DNA of 64,000 nt from Selaginella moellendorffii (lineage: Eukaryota; Plantae; Lycopodiophyta), in assembly GCF_000143415.4 (NCBI RefSeq), contig NW_003314272.1, positions 229,173 to 293,172 on the forward strand. Reading direction: 5' to 3'. Position 1 is the stretch's first letter; each line of letters opens with the position of its first letter. The notes beneath the pieces were generated by a model. It saw only the letters and a list, made by a program, of their open reading frames with translations, had not been told where the DNA came from and ran no database searches. Positions 35,337-47,729 of this stretch are shown here, one piece after another. The position numbers and the translations under genes were made by a program.

Positions 35337-37811
35337 ATGGCAGCTAGAAGAATGCAGCGGCTTTTGTCACGGGAATTTCCGATCCCTGCGAGGTTTGATT
35401 GGATTTGAATGCATCGAAGCGATTTCCATGGGCGATTAATCGTTTGTAGAGCGTTCTCTACTCGATCGTCAGTTCCTGTGATGGATTCATCGTCTGCGCT
35501 TGCATTTGCGACGGTATACCCGGATGATCTCTCCACGGCGCATCCTTATCAAGTGGAGAATCTGGGTATGTGGTTTTTCTTCTTTTTGGTTTTCTTGATG
35601 CGAGGCATCCAGTGCGTGGAAGATGGGGGAAGAGCTTGAAATCTAGCAAGCTGCCGGACCCTCTCAATGGAGGAGAGTTTATCACAGTTCCAGAGGCCAC
35701 AGGACACGAGTTGCCGGTAGGAGATCGTGGAATGGTTTTTCTTTCTTGTGACATTTATATGATCAGGAGTATATCGAAAGCTTGCAATCGTGTCCAAAGT
35801 CTGGGCTCCACAATCCTTTGAAAAATCCGGAGAGGTTGGTCTTAAGCTTGTGAAACTACGCGATGATCTAAGGTTGCGTTCGATCGCAGGTATCTCTTAT
35901 ATGGTGATATATCCGCAAGGGCGGCATCGTCTTTGAAGCACCGAGAGGTTGGCCTCACATTTATGTCTTCTAGTTTCTCACGAGATAGCAGGTTGGGCAT
36001 TTTTTTGCCAGGCTGATTCAACGAGTTTCTCCAAAGAGTTATCAGCAAGCTCAGGCGGAAGTGACCGTCACGCAAAAGTTTCTGGAGAACTTCTCTGGTG
36101 ATCAGGTCGAGTTCTCGCTTTACATTCGTTTCTACATTGTTTTCTTTGCTATTGAAGTGTCACGTAGCAGTATCTTGTTGTTCTCCAGGTCAGGTTCCTT
36201 GCAAAGTCATTCGCTGCACCTGGAAACCACCTTGGTCAGCAAAGCATTGGATATAGATGGCCTTATGGTCCCGTAAGTGTCTCGGTTCTAGTTTCTGGAT
36301 TTGACAAGCATGCGTCCAGGTCGCTATCATCACACCATTCAATTTTCCCTTGGAGATACCGGTGCTCCAGCTTATGGGGGCACTCTACATGGGCAATAAG
36401 GCTCTGGTGAAAGTTGATAGCAAGGTTTGCCAGTACCTTTTCTTTCTTGAGATGCGGAAAGTAGTTGAAACTTTGCAGGTTAGCGTTGTCATGGAGCAAA
36501 TGCTAAGATTGCTTCATGCCTGTGGCTTGCCTCCGAACGATACCGATTTTATTAATTGCGATGGCCCGGTCATGAACAAGCTTCTCGTCGAGGTAAGTTT
36601 CTGTGTAGATAGTGCCGCTAAAAGAAAACGAATCCAGGCAAAACCGAGTATGACACTCTTTACTGGAAGCTCTCGGGTAGCAGAAAAGCTGGCTTTGGAT
36701 TTGAAAGGTCGAATCAAACTGGAAGATGCGGGTTTTGACTGGAAAATCCTTGGGCCAGATGTCAACGAGGTGACTGGTTTCTAAGATCTTTTAGCTGCTG
36801 TGGTTGACGAGTACACTTTTGCAGATTGACTACGTTGCATGGGTTTGCGACCAGGATGCATATGCGTGCAGTGGTCAGAAGTGTTCGGCACAGTCCATTC
36901 TTTTCATGCACGAGGTCGATACTGTTTTCTTAAAGCTAGCAGGAGCTGAAAAGCCGTAGTTGCAGAACTGGAGCTCAAGGAATTTCGTGGAGAAGCTAAA
37001 ACAGCTAGCTGCCAAGAGGAAACTGGATGATTTGACGATCGGACCAGTTCTCACGGTATTCAGCTTTAAATCCCATCTTTCGACTAACGTCAGATGTTTT
37101 TCTCAGGTCACAACTAAAACTATGTTGGATCACATGGAAAAGCTGCTGAGCATTCCCGGTTCTTCTGTCGCGTTTGGCGGAAAGCCTCTCGAGAATCACA
37201 GCATCCCAGACGTGTACGGTGCCATCGAGCCGACTGCCATCTTTGTACCGCTGAAAGAGATCCTCAAGGACGAGCATTTTGATCTCGTTACAAAGGAAAT
37301 ATTTGGTCCATTCCAGGTTCGTCATCATCCAACCAAGCACCGAGTTCATTTCCAAATGCCTTGGAATGTGCATGCACAGGTTATTACAGAGTTCAAGCAG
37401 TGTGAGCTCCCACTCGTCTTGAGAGCTTGCGAGAGAATGCATGCGCACTTGACAGCAGCAGTCGTCTCAAACGACGTGGAGTTTTTACAGGTAACGAGAA
37501 CCCCGTTTTCGTTAATAGGTCCTTTCTCAAAATCTTGCAGGAAGTTCTCGGGGAAACCGTGAACGGGACAACTTACGCTGGCATTCGAGCTCGCACCACA
37601 GGAGCTCCTCAAAATCACTGGTAAGCTTCTCGAGTTTTGCGAGATAACGAGGAAGAAACTATTGTTTTGATACAGGTTTGGACCCGCTGGAGATCCACTT
37701 GGTGCTGGAATCGGAACTCCAGAAGCCATCAAACTGGTGTGGTCTTGCCACCGTGAGATCATCCAAGACTTTGGACCCGTTCCAAAGAACTGGACAAGCA
37801 CCACTTCTTAG
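35337..37811 (+). CDS. P5CDH: Delta-1-pyrroline-5-carboxylate dehydrogenase, mitochondrial (ALDH12A1)
   Basis: FPLEIPVLQLMGALYMGNK, LFTGSSRVAEKLA, KLEDAGFDWKILGPD, DAYACSGQKCSAQS, NGTTYAGIRARTTGAPQNHWFGP; many short introns. Confidence 0.97.
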
Positions 37812-37929
37812 ATGTAGTTCTAAGTTTGAAGCTTATCACTAGAGAAAAGTCAACTTTAGCAATCCACCATTTCACTATGATACGAACGTACTTTACACTG
37901 AGATCTTCCTTTATCCCACTCCGTTTTTG

Positions 37930-39006
37930 CTATGAGTCGCTTCGTCTCAAGTAACTCAACAGCGAGTTTCGATTGCAAACGATGACATGGAACAGCTTGT
38001 CCATGTCACGACGCACTCGATCCAGCCCCTCCTCGGCGCTCTTCAAAACAGCCGCTAGCTTTCGTGCTCCATCAGCAATGACGCTGCAACTCTCGCTTTC
38101 CTCCCCAAAATCTGTGACTCCTCCCAACTTGGCCTGGAGCTCTTCCACCACCACCTCCAGAGCAGCAAACTCGACCACCAGCGGAGAAAAGCGAGTGATC
38201 TTGTGCTGCAGCGAGCTCCTCACAAGCTCAAGGAGAGCACGCAACGTCGGCGACCACGCAAAGCTGTCGGGAATCTCCCACTCTGCGATCCCAAGTGTTG
38301 CATTGCTTCCGCTAAACAGCGCCACGACCGCCCCCAGGACGCAAACCGCGACCACCTTTGCCGCATAGAGTGCGCTCAAGAAACTCCGCCTCGCCTTGTG
38401 TGGAAGATCCTTCTCAAATCCCGGACGCTGCTCCAGCATCTCTCGCAAGACGCCGCAGCACGACTTCACTGCGATCCAAGTGGTGCTCGAGCCACCGGGG
38501 GAAGTAAACTCCGCGAGAGCTTTCCTGGCTTTGGCGTACCTCTCCTGCCTTGTGCCGTGGCCGGACTCCAGTGTAGACACCGCGAGATGGAGTAGCAGCA
38601 GCCTGTGCTCCAGATCCCCCACAACCTTCCTCAAGGTGTTTAGAACGTCTAAGAGCCGGCAAGTATCCTCCAGGTACTCCGAGACCCACTGCTCGTCCCC
38701 TTCCGGGAGGGGACACTCCAAGCCGGGGATGATAGACTGTGCCTCGGAGATGGTGGTCGTGACGAGTACCAGCGCTTGGTCCATCCAAGCCAGGCTAAAC
38801 CTCTGCTTGGTCGGTGCCAAGGCCAGCTCCAAAGTTGACAGCCGCTCGGCCAGCATTACGTCGAACTTCGCCGCTCGAGGATCGGACTGGATGGCGGCGG
38901 CGTTGTGGTGGAGTCCATGCTTGGGGGAGTTGTGGAAGTTTAGAGCTTGGCCGATAGTCGAGAACAACGATGGTCCGTGGTAGTGATGGTGATTCCTCGT
39001 TCTCAT
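37930..39006 (-). CDS. BYPASS1/ROH1-like (DUF793) protein
   Basis: FD..LAERL..L, FSLAWMDQAL, WVSEYLEDTCRLLDVLN; intronless CDS with a 5'UTR acceptor near 39017. Confidence 0.85.
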   Translation of the reverse strand: MRTRNHHHYHGPSLFSTIGQALNFHNSPKHGLHHNAAAIQSDPRAAKFDVMLAERLSTLELALAPTKQRFSLAWMDQALVLVTTTISEAQSIIPGLECPLPEGDEQWVSEYLEDTCRLLDVLNTLRKVVGDLEHRLLLLHLAVSTLESGHGTRQERYAKARKALAEFTSPGGSSTTWIAVKSCCGVLREMLEQRPGFEKDLPHKARRSFLSALYAAKVVAVCVLGAVVALFSGSNATLGIAEWEIPDSFAWSPTLRALLELVRSSLQHKITRFSPLVVEFAALEVVVEELQAKLGGVTDFGEESESCSVIADGARKLAAVLKSAEEGLDRVRRDMDKLFHVIVCNRNSLLSYLRRSDS

Positions 39007-39573
39007 GATGCAAGACCTGAAAAGAATGCACATAAGTGATCGAAAGTCAAACGAGAGTGGCTCTAGAGTTACACGAAAGATCACACCGACGGATCATTCC
39101 AAGCTCTATGGGTCTATAGAAAAGGCTAAAAGGAAGAGGAATCGCGCCAGACATTCTGCCCAGAGCAACGATCTCAAGCTCTGGCCGCTGAATTCCAGCA
39201 TCTCGAGCCAGCCCCAATCTTTGAGTGGATCAGTCCTAGCGACTGTAGAAGCCGAGGCGCGAGAATCTAGCTACCTTCTTACGAACGCAAGGGCGATCCT
39301 TCGCTTTAGCTCCTCGCCGAAAATCCTCGCTGAAAATCCTGATCGAGAGAGTAAAGAGCGACGGCGAGACCTAAGAACCTTCCAGAGCGCCACGTCAGCG
39401 CACTAAAAAGATAAATCCCTGTTGCCGTGTGGCGGCCGGATAAACATGCCACGCGGCGGTTAATACACGTGGCGTTGCCTTTTTCGTGCGATCGTGACGG
39501 TTGGAATCGAACGCGGGCGGGATATTTTTGAAAATCGGATTTTAGAGATCTTGCCTGTGAGGCGAGCGCGGCG

Positions 39574-40950
39574 ATGTCGAAGGAGGTGGAATGCGGAGGC
39601 TGGGCCGCCAAGGATGCATCTGGTGTCTTGGCGCCGTTCAAATTCCCCAGAAGGTACCGCGCTTTCGTGTTGATTTGCAGCGAAAATCGATCGGGGTCTT
39701 TGTCTTTCCAGGGCGCTGCGTCCTACTGATGTGAAGTTCAAGATCACGCACTGCGGGATCTGCCACACGGATCTCCATTTGATCCACAACGAGTGGGGAT
39801 CGTCGAAATACCCCATGGTTCCAGGGTAAGAAAAACAAAATCCTCGGAGAAGGCAGGCACTAAAATCGTGGTGCTCGAACAGGCACGAAGTTGTGGGATT
39901 AGTCACGGAGCTCGGCCCCGGTGCCAAGAAATTCAAGGTCGGCGATCACGTTGGAGTGGGATGCATGGTCTTTTCCTGCCTGAAATGCGATCACTGCAAG
40001 CACGGAGACGAACAGTACTGCGACAAGCTCGTCTGGACGTACAACAGTGAAGAAGACGGCAAAATCACAATGGGAGGCTACTCGGGATTCCTGGTGGCCG
40101 ACGAGAAGTAAATTCCTGTCGACGATGGTTGGAAAGAACAAGTTCTAAGAGTCTGAAGCGAGTGGACTGGTGTGCACAGATTCGTCGTTCGGGTTCCAGA
40201 CAATCTTCCGCTGGATGCCGCAGCGCCGCTGCTATGCGCCGGCATCACGGTCTACAGCCCGATGAAACACTTCGGCATGACGCAGGCCGGGAAGAACTTT
40301 GGAGTGGTCGGGCTCGGTGGTCTCGGGCATATGGCCGTCAAGTTTGGCAAGGCTTTCGGGATGAAAGTCACGGTGATCAGCACCTCGCCCAGCAAGGAGA
40401 AGGAAGCTCGGGAAGTTTTGGGGGCTCACAACTTCATTGTCAGCAAGGACTCGGCTCAAATGAAGGTAACAAGATACCTTCTCTTGATTTTTCTCCCGAG
40501 AGCTAGAACTCAACTTTAAAGTTTTGGATTCCAGAAAGCTGCGAAGACAATGGACTACATCCTCGACACGGTGTCGGCACCGCATCCGCTGGATGCCTTG
40601 CTTGAGCTTCTAAAGATCGATGGAAAGCTCGTCATGGTGGGATTGCCGGACAAGCCCCTGGAACTTCCAGCGGGAGTGATCATCTTTGGTACGTACAAGA
40701 ACTTTTCCTTTTTGTTTTCCACTTGAGCTAAGAGAATGTGGATCGACCAGGTCGTCGATCGCTGGCCGGGAGCTTCATCGGATCCATCAGAGAGACGCAG
40801 GACATGCTGGATTTCTGCGGCAAGAACAATGTCACGTCCATGATCGAGCTCGTCCCAATGGACTACGTCAACAAAGCTATGGAACGCCTCCGCAAATCGG
40901 ACGTTAAGTACCGCTTCGTGTTGGACGTGGAAAAGACTTTGAAGCCATAG
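39574..40950 (+). CDS. CAD: Cinnamyl alcohol dehydrogenase-family Zn-dependent ADH
   Basis: [60 protein letters not shown]. Confidence 0.95.
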
Positions 40951-41343
40951 AAGCGATAATAAAGAGAGATTCCCAAATTAAGAGACCTTTTCGCACGAAT
41001 ATGCGTCGCCTAATTTTAGCAAGTTGAAGGACAGGAAAATCGCGCGGGAACGTTCAAAGATTCCCATCCTAGGGTTCATTGACAGATGAAAGAACTTTCC
41101 CCGCATAGACATCCTGTCTGGCCCGCGGATTTTGCGCACGGAATCGCCGATTGGCTCCTCGCGCAGCAGATCCAATCGCCAAATTGCCAATACCAATCCT
41201 CCCTGCTCGTCCCCAAAAAGCGTCCCTTCGATCCGGCCAATGAATTGGCGCAGCAGGGGAGCTAGGGATTTTCCCCCCGTCTCCTCCTCTCTCTCTCTCT
41301 CTTCCTCTTGTTTCCCACCACGATTCATCGCCAATCGGATTGA

Positions 41344-42318
41344 ATGCGTCCATCGCTGATCCCCATGGCTCCTGGGAGGCATTCATATCTAGCTGCCGCC
41401 TCATCGTCTCCCCCTGTCCACCAGCAGGATACTTGTATCCCTTGTTCTTCGTCGTCAATCGCATCGTCCTCGCCTTGCTCCTCCTCCTCCTCTTCATCCT
41501 CCTCCTCTCCTCCGCCTCGGCTCATCGCCGCCGCCATGGTCAAGCCGCAATCGTCCTCAAGCGCGTCCTCCGCGATCGCAGGCCCCCAGCTCTCCGCGAT
41601 CTTGCGGCCCCAGCTCAAGCGATCACGTAAAGGTTGCATGAAAGGTAAAGGCGGCCCTGAGAACGCAGCGTGCCAGTACCGTGGAGTCCGCCAGCGGGTG
41701 TGGGGGAAGTGGGTCGCCGAGATCCGGGAGCCCAACTGTGGAGCTCGCATCTGGCTGGGGACGTTTGACACCGCCGTGGAGGCTGCCAGGGCTTACGATC
41801 AAGCCGCCTTGAAGTACTTCGGCGAGAACGCGCGTCTCAATCTCCCTGATTCGCTTCCTCCATGGCCGGCTCTTGTTCCTCCTCCCACCGCCACCACGTC
41901 TCCAGCACCAGTCTCCAAGAGGGCGATCAAGCGAGGACCGGTCGATCGCAAGCTCCTCCCCCCGCCCCGCGCCGCGGGGAGCAGCTCTGGTTCCTCGATC
42001 GTCGGGAGGCCTTTGGTTTCTTCCGTGCCGCCCGCCATCGCCGACCTCGGGGAGCCGATCATGCCGATGGTGCCGATCGCGTTCAACGTTTTTGGGATCT
42101 CCTCGGCCTCCGCGGACGAGGCGCTCCTCAATCTGGCAGCGCCCACCGCCTCCTCGGCCTCGTCTATCCCCAACACCGAGCACAGCGGCAGCGACAATTC
42201 CACGCTCGCATCGCTCAACGCGTATTCCTCCACCGAAGACGACATGGAAGAGGTATGGAAGGAGCTATCCAACGATCAGATCGATGGATTCTCCCTATCT
42301 TCCTGTAGATTCAATTGA
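41344..42318 (+). CDS. DREB2: AP2/ERF transcription factor, DREB2 (A-2) type; exact start ATG uncertain (41344/41365/41536)
   Basis: [14 protein letters not shown] followed by [34 protein letters not shown]. Confidence 0.93.
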   Translation: MRPSLIPMAPGRHSYLAAASSSPPVHQQDTCIPCSSSSIASSSPCSSSSSSSSSSPPPRLIAAAMVKPQSSSSASSAIAGPQLSAILRPQLKRSRKGCMKGKGGPENAACQYRGVRQRVWGKWVAEIREPNCGARIWLGTFDTAVEAARAYDQAALKYFGENARLNLPDSLPPWPALVPPPTATTSPAPVSKRAIKRGPVDRKLLPPPRAAGSSSGSSIVGRPLVSSVPPAIADLGEPIMPMVPIAFNVFGISSASADEALLNLAAPTASSASSIPNTEHSGSDNSTLASLNAYSSTEDDMEEVWKELSNDQIDGFSLSSCRFN

Positions 42319-42452
42319 TTCTTTGCTAGATTTGTCTGCAAGCACTACAAGAAGTCTGCCTGCCTACATGTACATATATATATATATATACGAACGATTG
42401 CTTGTTTTTAACTCGTGACATTTTAACTTATGATAACCTCTCTTTTCTTTGA

Positions 42453-44720
42453 TCATCGCGTTAGATCGCGCGTCGCGGTCGCCACCATCTCCAAAATCTC
42501 GCAAAAGTCCGGCCTGTCCAGGGGATTGCTCGCCCAGCACTGGTGGATCAGGTACTTGAGCAGCGGGAAGCAATCCAGCGGCACAACCGGTGCTGGCATC
42601 GATCGCGTTGTTCTGGATCTACGCGGCGTCTCCTTTTCCTTGCCGATATTTTGATCGGCCGTTGTGTGGCACGAGACGAGCTCGCAAAGGAGCGTCCCAA
42701 AGCTGTAAACGTCCGCCTTGGGAGTAATCGCGGATTTCTCCAAATCAACCTGAATCCCACCAAACATTTTCGTCCGCATCAGTCGCGTAAAAAGCTCTGG
42801 AATTTTTAATTTTTTTTTTCGCTCCACGCTAACCAGATTCAACGGCGTCAATCAATCAATGAACGCTCACTGACTGACCTCGGGTGGCACTGGCCATGAA
42901 GTCTTGTCCTCCTCCTCGCCATCCTTAAAGCTCCTCTCGTCCTTGGTAGGCGATTTGATCGCCCTCGCGATTCTCAGGCCACCAATCACCGCGCAGCCAT
43001 TGTCGTCCAGGAGAATGTTGGAGAGCTTCAAGTTGCTGCCAAGCACCAGAAGAAAAAACAAACAGAGAGAGAGAGAGAGCGCGTCAGGACTGAGGCCAAC
43101 TTGACCAGATCTTTGCAGAAAGGCAAGAAAACAAAGAGCGAATCCATCCCACGCCAAGCACACACAAAAATCACACTTGCCTGTGGACGATCCCGCATTC
43201 GTGCAAGAACTGCATCCCCTCGGCGATGTCGCAGGCCATGCGCAGCACGGATCGCAGCTCGATCTTCTCGCGCCTGTCCACCAGATCGCGCAGCGACCCC
43301 CCGGAGACGAGCTTGGACACCGCCCACAAGTTCCTCCCATCGATCCAGATGCCGCGAATGGGCAAAACATTGGCGTGCGCAAACCCCGACCGCGTGCACA
43401 GCCACAGCACCTCCTCCTGGAGCTCGCGATCGCCATCCCCTGGCGGGTTGATCAGCTCCAGCGCCACAGCCTCGCCGCCAAATCTCGCGCGCGCAGTGGG
43501 TATCGCCTCCTCCTTCTCCAAGCCGCTCATCTTGGATGGATCCAGCGCCCACTGCGAGAGCTCCTCCTTGCCGCTGGCGACGTCTCCCGATACATCGATC
43601 CGGATCCTCGCGCCCGCCACCGCGTCGATGCTCAGTCGGTGTGAGACGAAAGAGATCCGGCTCTCGAGATCCATGTCCGCCGCCACCGCCGCCGCAGTGC
43701 TGGGGATCGATTTGCTTGGGTTGTGGACGAGGATCTGCTGGGATGCCGATGAAGAGGAGGATGATCCATAGAGGCCGAGCGCCAGCCTTCTCAGCCGGGA
43801 TTTCTTGGCCGCCGCCTTGAAGATCTCTTGCATTCGGTCCAGGCGCATGTACTCCCTGGCGCAGTGGACCGATGCCATCCCCAGGAAGAGCGCCTTGCGG
43901 CAGTAGACGCTGGTGTGCGTCACGGGGATCGCCGCGCGCTTGAAAGCCCACGCGATCGAATGCTTGGTGATGGGGACGCCCATCGTCGCGAATGTGACCG
44001 TGAAATCGCTCTCTTGATCCTCCTCCCACGGCGCAGGAGACGCGATCGATGGCGGCGAGCTGGCCATGAAGAGGGATTCATCGCTGGCGTTGCTGGATCG
44101 AGCGGCGGCATTGGCGGCTGTGGCGGATCTTCTTTCTTGGATGATGGCGATGGCGATGGAGCCGCTGTGAGGGCTCATGCGCGCTTGCTCCACCAGGCGG
44201 ATGTGCAAGAAGATCTGATCGCTCCCCAGGCCGGCTTGCGCGTAGCTGCAAAGAAACAAGGAAAGATGTCCGCTTAGCCTTCTAGATCGATCGAGCAAGA
44301 ATGACGAAGAAATATTTCGAGAGGGATCTTGCGATACCTGAGTGGCAGCGATTCGAAGTGGCGCCGGATCATCGAGATGAGCCTCTCCGGCAGCTGGCTC
44401 CCCGGATGCCGCTGCATCAAGCTCTCCACGATCGCATTCCAAGCGGCCTTCTTCTCTTCGCGGCGGATCTTGATGGCGCCGCCGACGCTGCCGCCGCCGC
44501 TGTGGAGATAGGAGCACACAGATCTTTGGAGGCGCTTCCATCTGCCGCCGCCATCGCCGCTTCCGCGATTCTTGCCGCCGAGATTCGAGGCGGCGCCCGG
44601 TGACAGTAGCGGGCAATCGTCGACCGCGAAGAGCATGCGATGATCCAGCATTCCGGAATCATCCCCCCAGCTGATCTTGGCGCTGTGGCTGTGGCAGCTC
44701 CAGCAATCGACCCTGGCCAT
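42453..44720 (-). CDS. Raf-like kinase-fold protein with N-terminal ACT-like region (At5g58520/At5g07140-like); predicted pseudokinase
   Basis: RHFESLPLRY, DQIFLHIRLVEQA, FTVTFA..; kinase lobe with AVALE, HSNLKLSNILL, IGGL, PPE, KADVYSFG, CWASNPLDRPDF. Confidence 0.8.
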
Positions 44721-46522
44721 GCCGCCTCGAAATATCGCGATTGCTGGCCACCGCTGCCCGGAATTCGCCGCTATCGGAGTGCTATCGGATGGATCTGGAA
44801 TGCTTTATAATCCGCGCAAGAACACAAGGAAACGATGCATTCTCGCTTTTAAAATGGCGCTCTCATGTGGAGCACTCGATCGAGCAAGAAAAAAAAGGGA
44901 GAAAACAAGGGCAATGCAATCAACGCGGTGGCATGTAACTCTCCTCGTCCGCCATGGATGGATCGATCTCGAGCGAGCAAGGCGCCAAAAATACACCGAG
45001 GCACTCACGAACGAGGAGAGAAAGAATCCGTTAAGCGAGAAAGGGAAGCCAAAAAAAATGGATCCACTGGGATTGTCAACTTCAATCCTTGCTGCCCCGC
45101 TCAGATCGCTCGCGCGCTCGCTCGCTCGTAGCGCACTGATGGTCCATTCCTCGCACACTCGGATCAGATCACGGAGAAGGGGAAGGAATCGAAGAGAATC
45201 GCGCCAGGAATTTTAGGGTTTATCCGCGCCATACGTGGCACTTGCATACGTGGCACGCTTTGCTTCCCCGAGGGAAAGAAATCCCATCCCCTGTCTCCCA
45301 CACACTTGGAGGAAGATTTTTTGGCGATTGCCTCTCTCGATCGAAAGCCATTGCTCGCTCGCTCGAATCGCAAGCGCACAAGTCACTCACAAGGATCCGA
45401 GCTCTCAGCTCTCTCGATCGAGCAGCGAGCGACTATGCTATATCGATTTAATCGTTTTTGGTTATCTTCCATGATCGAGATCTCTCTCGCGCGCTCTTTC
45501 TTCCCCCTTTCGCTGCTCTTGGTTCTCGAATCCGGCCTGCGCTTCATTGATGAATGGCGTGGGAGTCCGAGCCACTGGCGTTATCGCGTCGTCACAGTTT
45601 CGCGCTGGCACAACAGGCCCGCGCAGGCCTCTGCCGCTCCCAAAATGTGTGTGGCTTTGTGTGGAGCTGTGATGTGGAGCGTGAGAGTGGTGTGTGTGTC
45701 TCCTTTAGCTTCAGCCCTGTCCTCGCTGCCCGGGAGAGATCGAGGCCTTTCTTTCCAGAAGTGTGCTAAGTCGAGTTTCTTCACTGCAATTCTTTCTGGT
45801 AGCAAATCCATCTCTATCGAATGCAAGTGCTCGCTTCCTTTCAGGAAAAAACGAAAAAAAAAAATCGATTTTGTTGCGAAGTACCATTGGCCACTGTGCA
45901 AAACGCGCCAAACCAAAACTAGTGCTGCTGCTGGCTGCTGCTGCTGCTGCTGCTAGCGAAGCGCGCGAAGCCTTTTCATCGTCCTTTTTCTCAGTCTCTA
46001 AAACTAGAGCTTGCATCAATGCTGCTGGACAATGCAAGACTTCCCACCCCTCGTACGCTATCAGTAGATTTCCGTGCCTAGATTTGCCACTGCCGGTGCG
46101 CTGCTTCCCGCTACGCAAGTATCTCCCGGGGCTTTTCCTCTCCAGGAAGTTTGGCTTCACGATCGAGCATGAAACTCATGTCACGATTGCTCACCGCTTT
46201 CTTCAGATCACAAATCCTGCGTAAAACATCATATTTCTCGAGAGTAAGAGTTACTAAGGAGTCACAAACCTGAAGAGTATATGGCTGCAATACTTCCAAG
46301 AGCTCAAGTCAGAAAAGGATATCAAACTATTTACCAGGACTGTCTGTGACAAAGTCGAGCTTCCTTCAGCTCTTGGACGAGTAACTCTGCCTAGATGGAC
46401 AACTAAGTGTAAGCTGGAAATTTTTTTTTCAAAGAGCTTTTAAGTTGTTTGTGCGTATAAACATTGTAGGATTACCTTGGAGAACTTATTGAGCCAGAAG
46501 TTTTATTGGATGCTTTCGCAAG

Positions 46523-47632
46523 CTATTCCGTCGGAAAATCCGGCTGGAGTCGTGGAACCGACTGCCGCACTTCTTCCAGCTTGTGAAGCTCCTCCTTGAG
46601 CCTCCGGAGTGTTGGATATGGCGTCTGTGTGCAAAACATATAAGAATTTTTTTTGCCTCTTGAGATGGACGAGAAGCTTACCATATCGACCTTGTAACGC
46701 TCCGCGTTGCCGATCTGTGGGATGACAAATACATCAGCCTGGAGTGACAAGAACCAAACGAAGATCCCGTCAGTTACGAAGGACAAGTGCAAAGATTCTC
46801 TAGAATGAAAGAACATACGAGGGTGAGTGTGTCTCCAAAGCAGTATTTTCCCGATGTCTTCTTCACGATCTCCTCGAGAGCTACATGAAAATCCAAGACA
46901 CTTGTGAGTTGCGGGGTGTGAAAGCAGAAAGCTCACCGTTGAAACCAATGACAATCCAGTGTTGCGCCCACTTGAGTGTCTCCTCGTCGCCAAGTTTCTC
47001 CTTGATCATATTCTGCCAAAGAGCAAGGAAGGATTCAGCCTTGCTGTGAAAAGCAGGCAAAACTTACCAGAACGCGGCCTCCATTTTGCAGAGGCTGAAT
47101 ATTTGACGCGATGAGATTGACAATCTTGCAAATGTAACAATCGAAACATGAGAAACAAATCGAGCTAAAACCGATAATACTTTTTACCTGGCGAATTGTC
47201 GCTCGCTGCTTCAAGTTTTTAGGCAGGAGTGGCTTCTCTGGGTATTTTTCTTCCAAATACTACGTGATAGCAATTCCACAAGAGATCACTTCCAAGAGAA
47301 GAGAAAAACAATAGCAAACCTCCACAATTGCTACAGAGTCAATCAAAAGTCCATCTTCTTCGGTTTCTAGTGCAGGCACCATACTCAAGGGATTGATCTT
47401 CGAAAACTCTGAGAATCACAAAGGATTTAAAACCCCGAATGCCACACAAAACAAACTCTACCATCGTCGAGCAGACCATTTGCGAAACCCACAGCCTGGT
47501 ACTCGTATGGAATCCCTGATCAAGTAGAAAATTGCGATCACATCCAGAGGGAGAAAGAGAAAAACCTTTCAATGCGAGCGCCAGCCTCACTCGCCAAGCA
47601 CAAGAGCTCCCCCAAAACGTGTAGAGCCTCAT
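46523..47632 (-). CDS. GSTZ: Glutathione S-transferase zeta (maleylacetoacetate isomerase)
   Basis: LYTFWGSSCAWRVRLALALKG, NIQPLQN, ADVFVIPQI, P..QPD. Confidence 0.93.
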
Positions 47633-47729
47633 CTCCCTCCACAAAATCCTAGATTTTCGAGACGACCCGGCTTGTGCCAGCCGGTCTAGATCCGAGGTAT
47701 ATCCCCGCCACGTCACTCTCTAACCTCCA

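Noticed and set aside
22781-40950. Biosynthetic gene cluster (MDR, ALDH12, CAD)
   Set aside because: The enzymes are interspersed with unrelated genes, and no scaffold-forming enzyme or shared pathway is evident.
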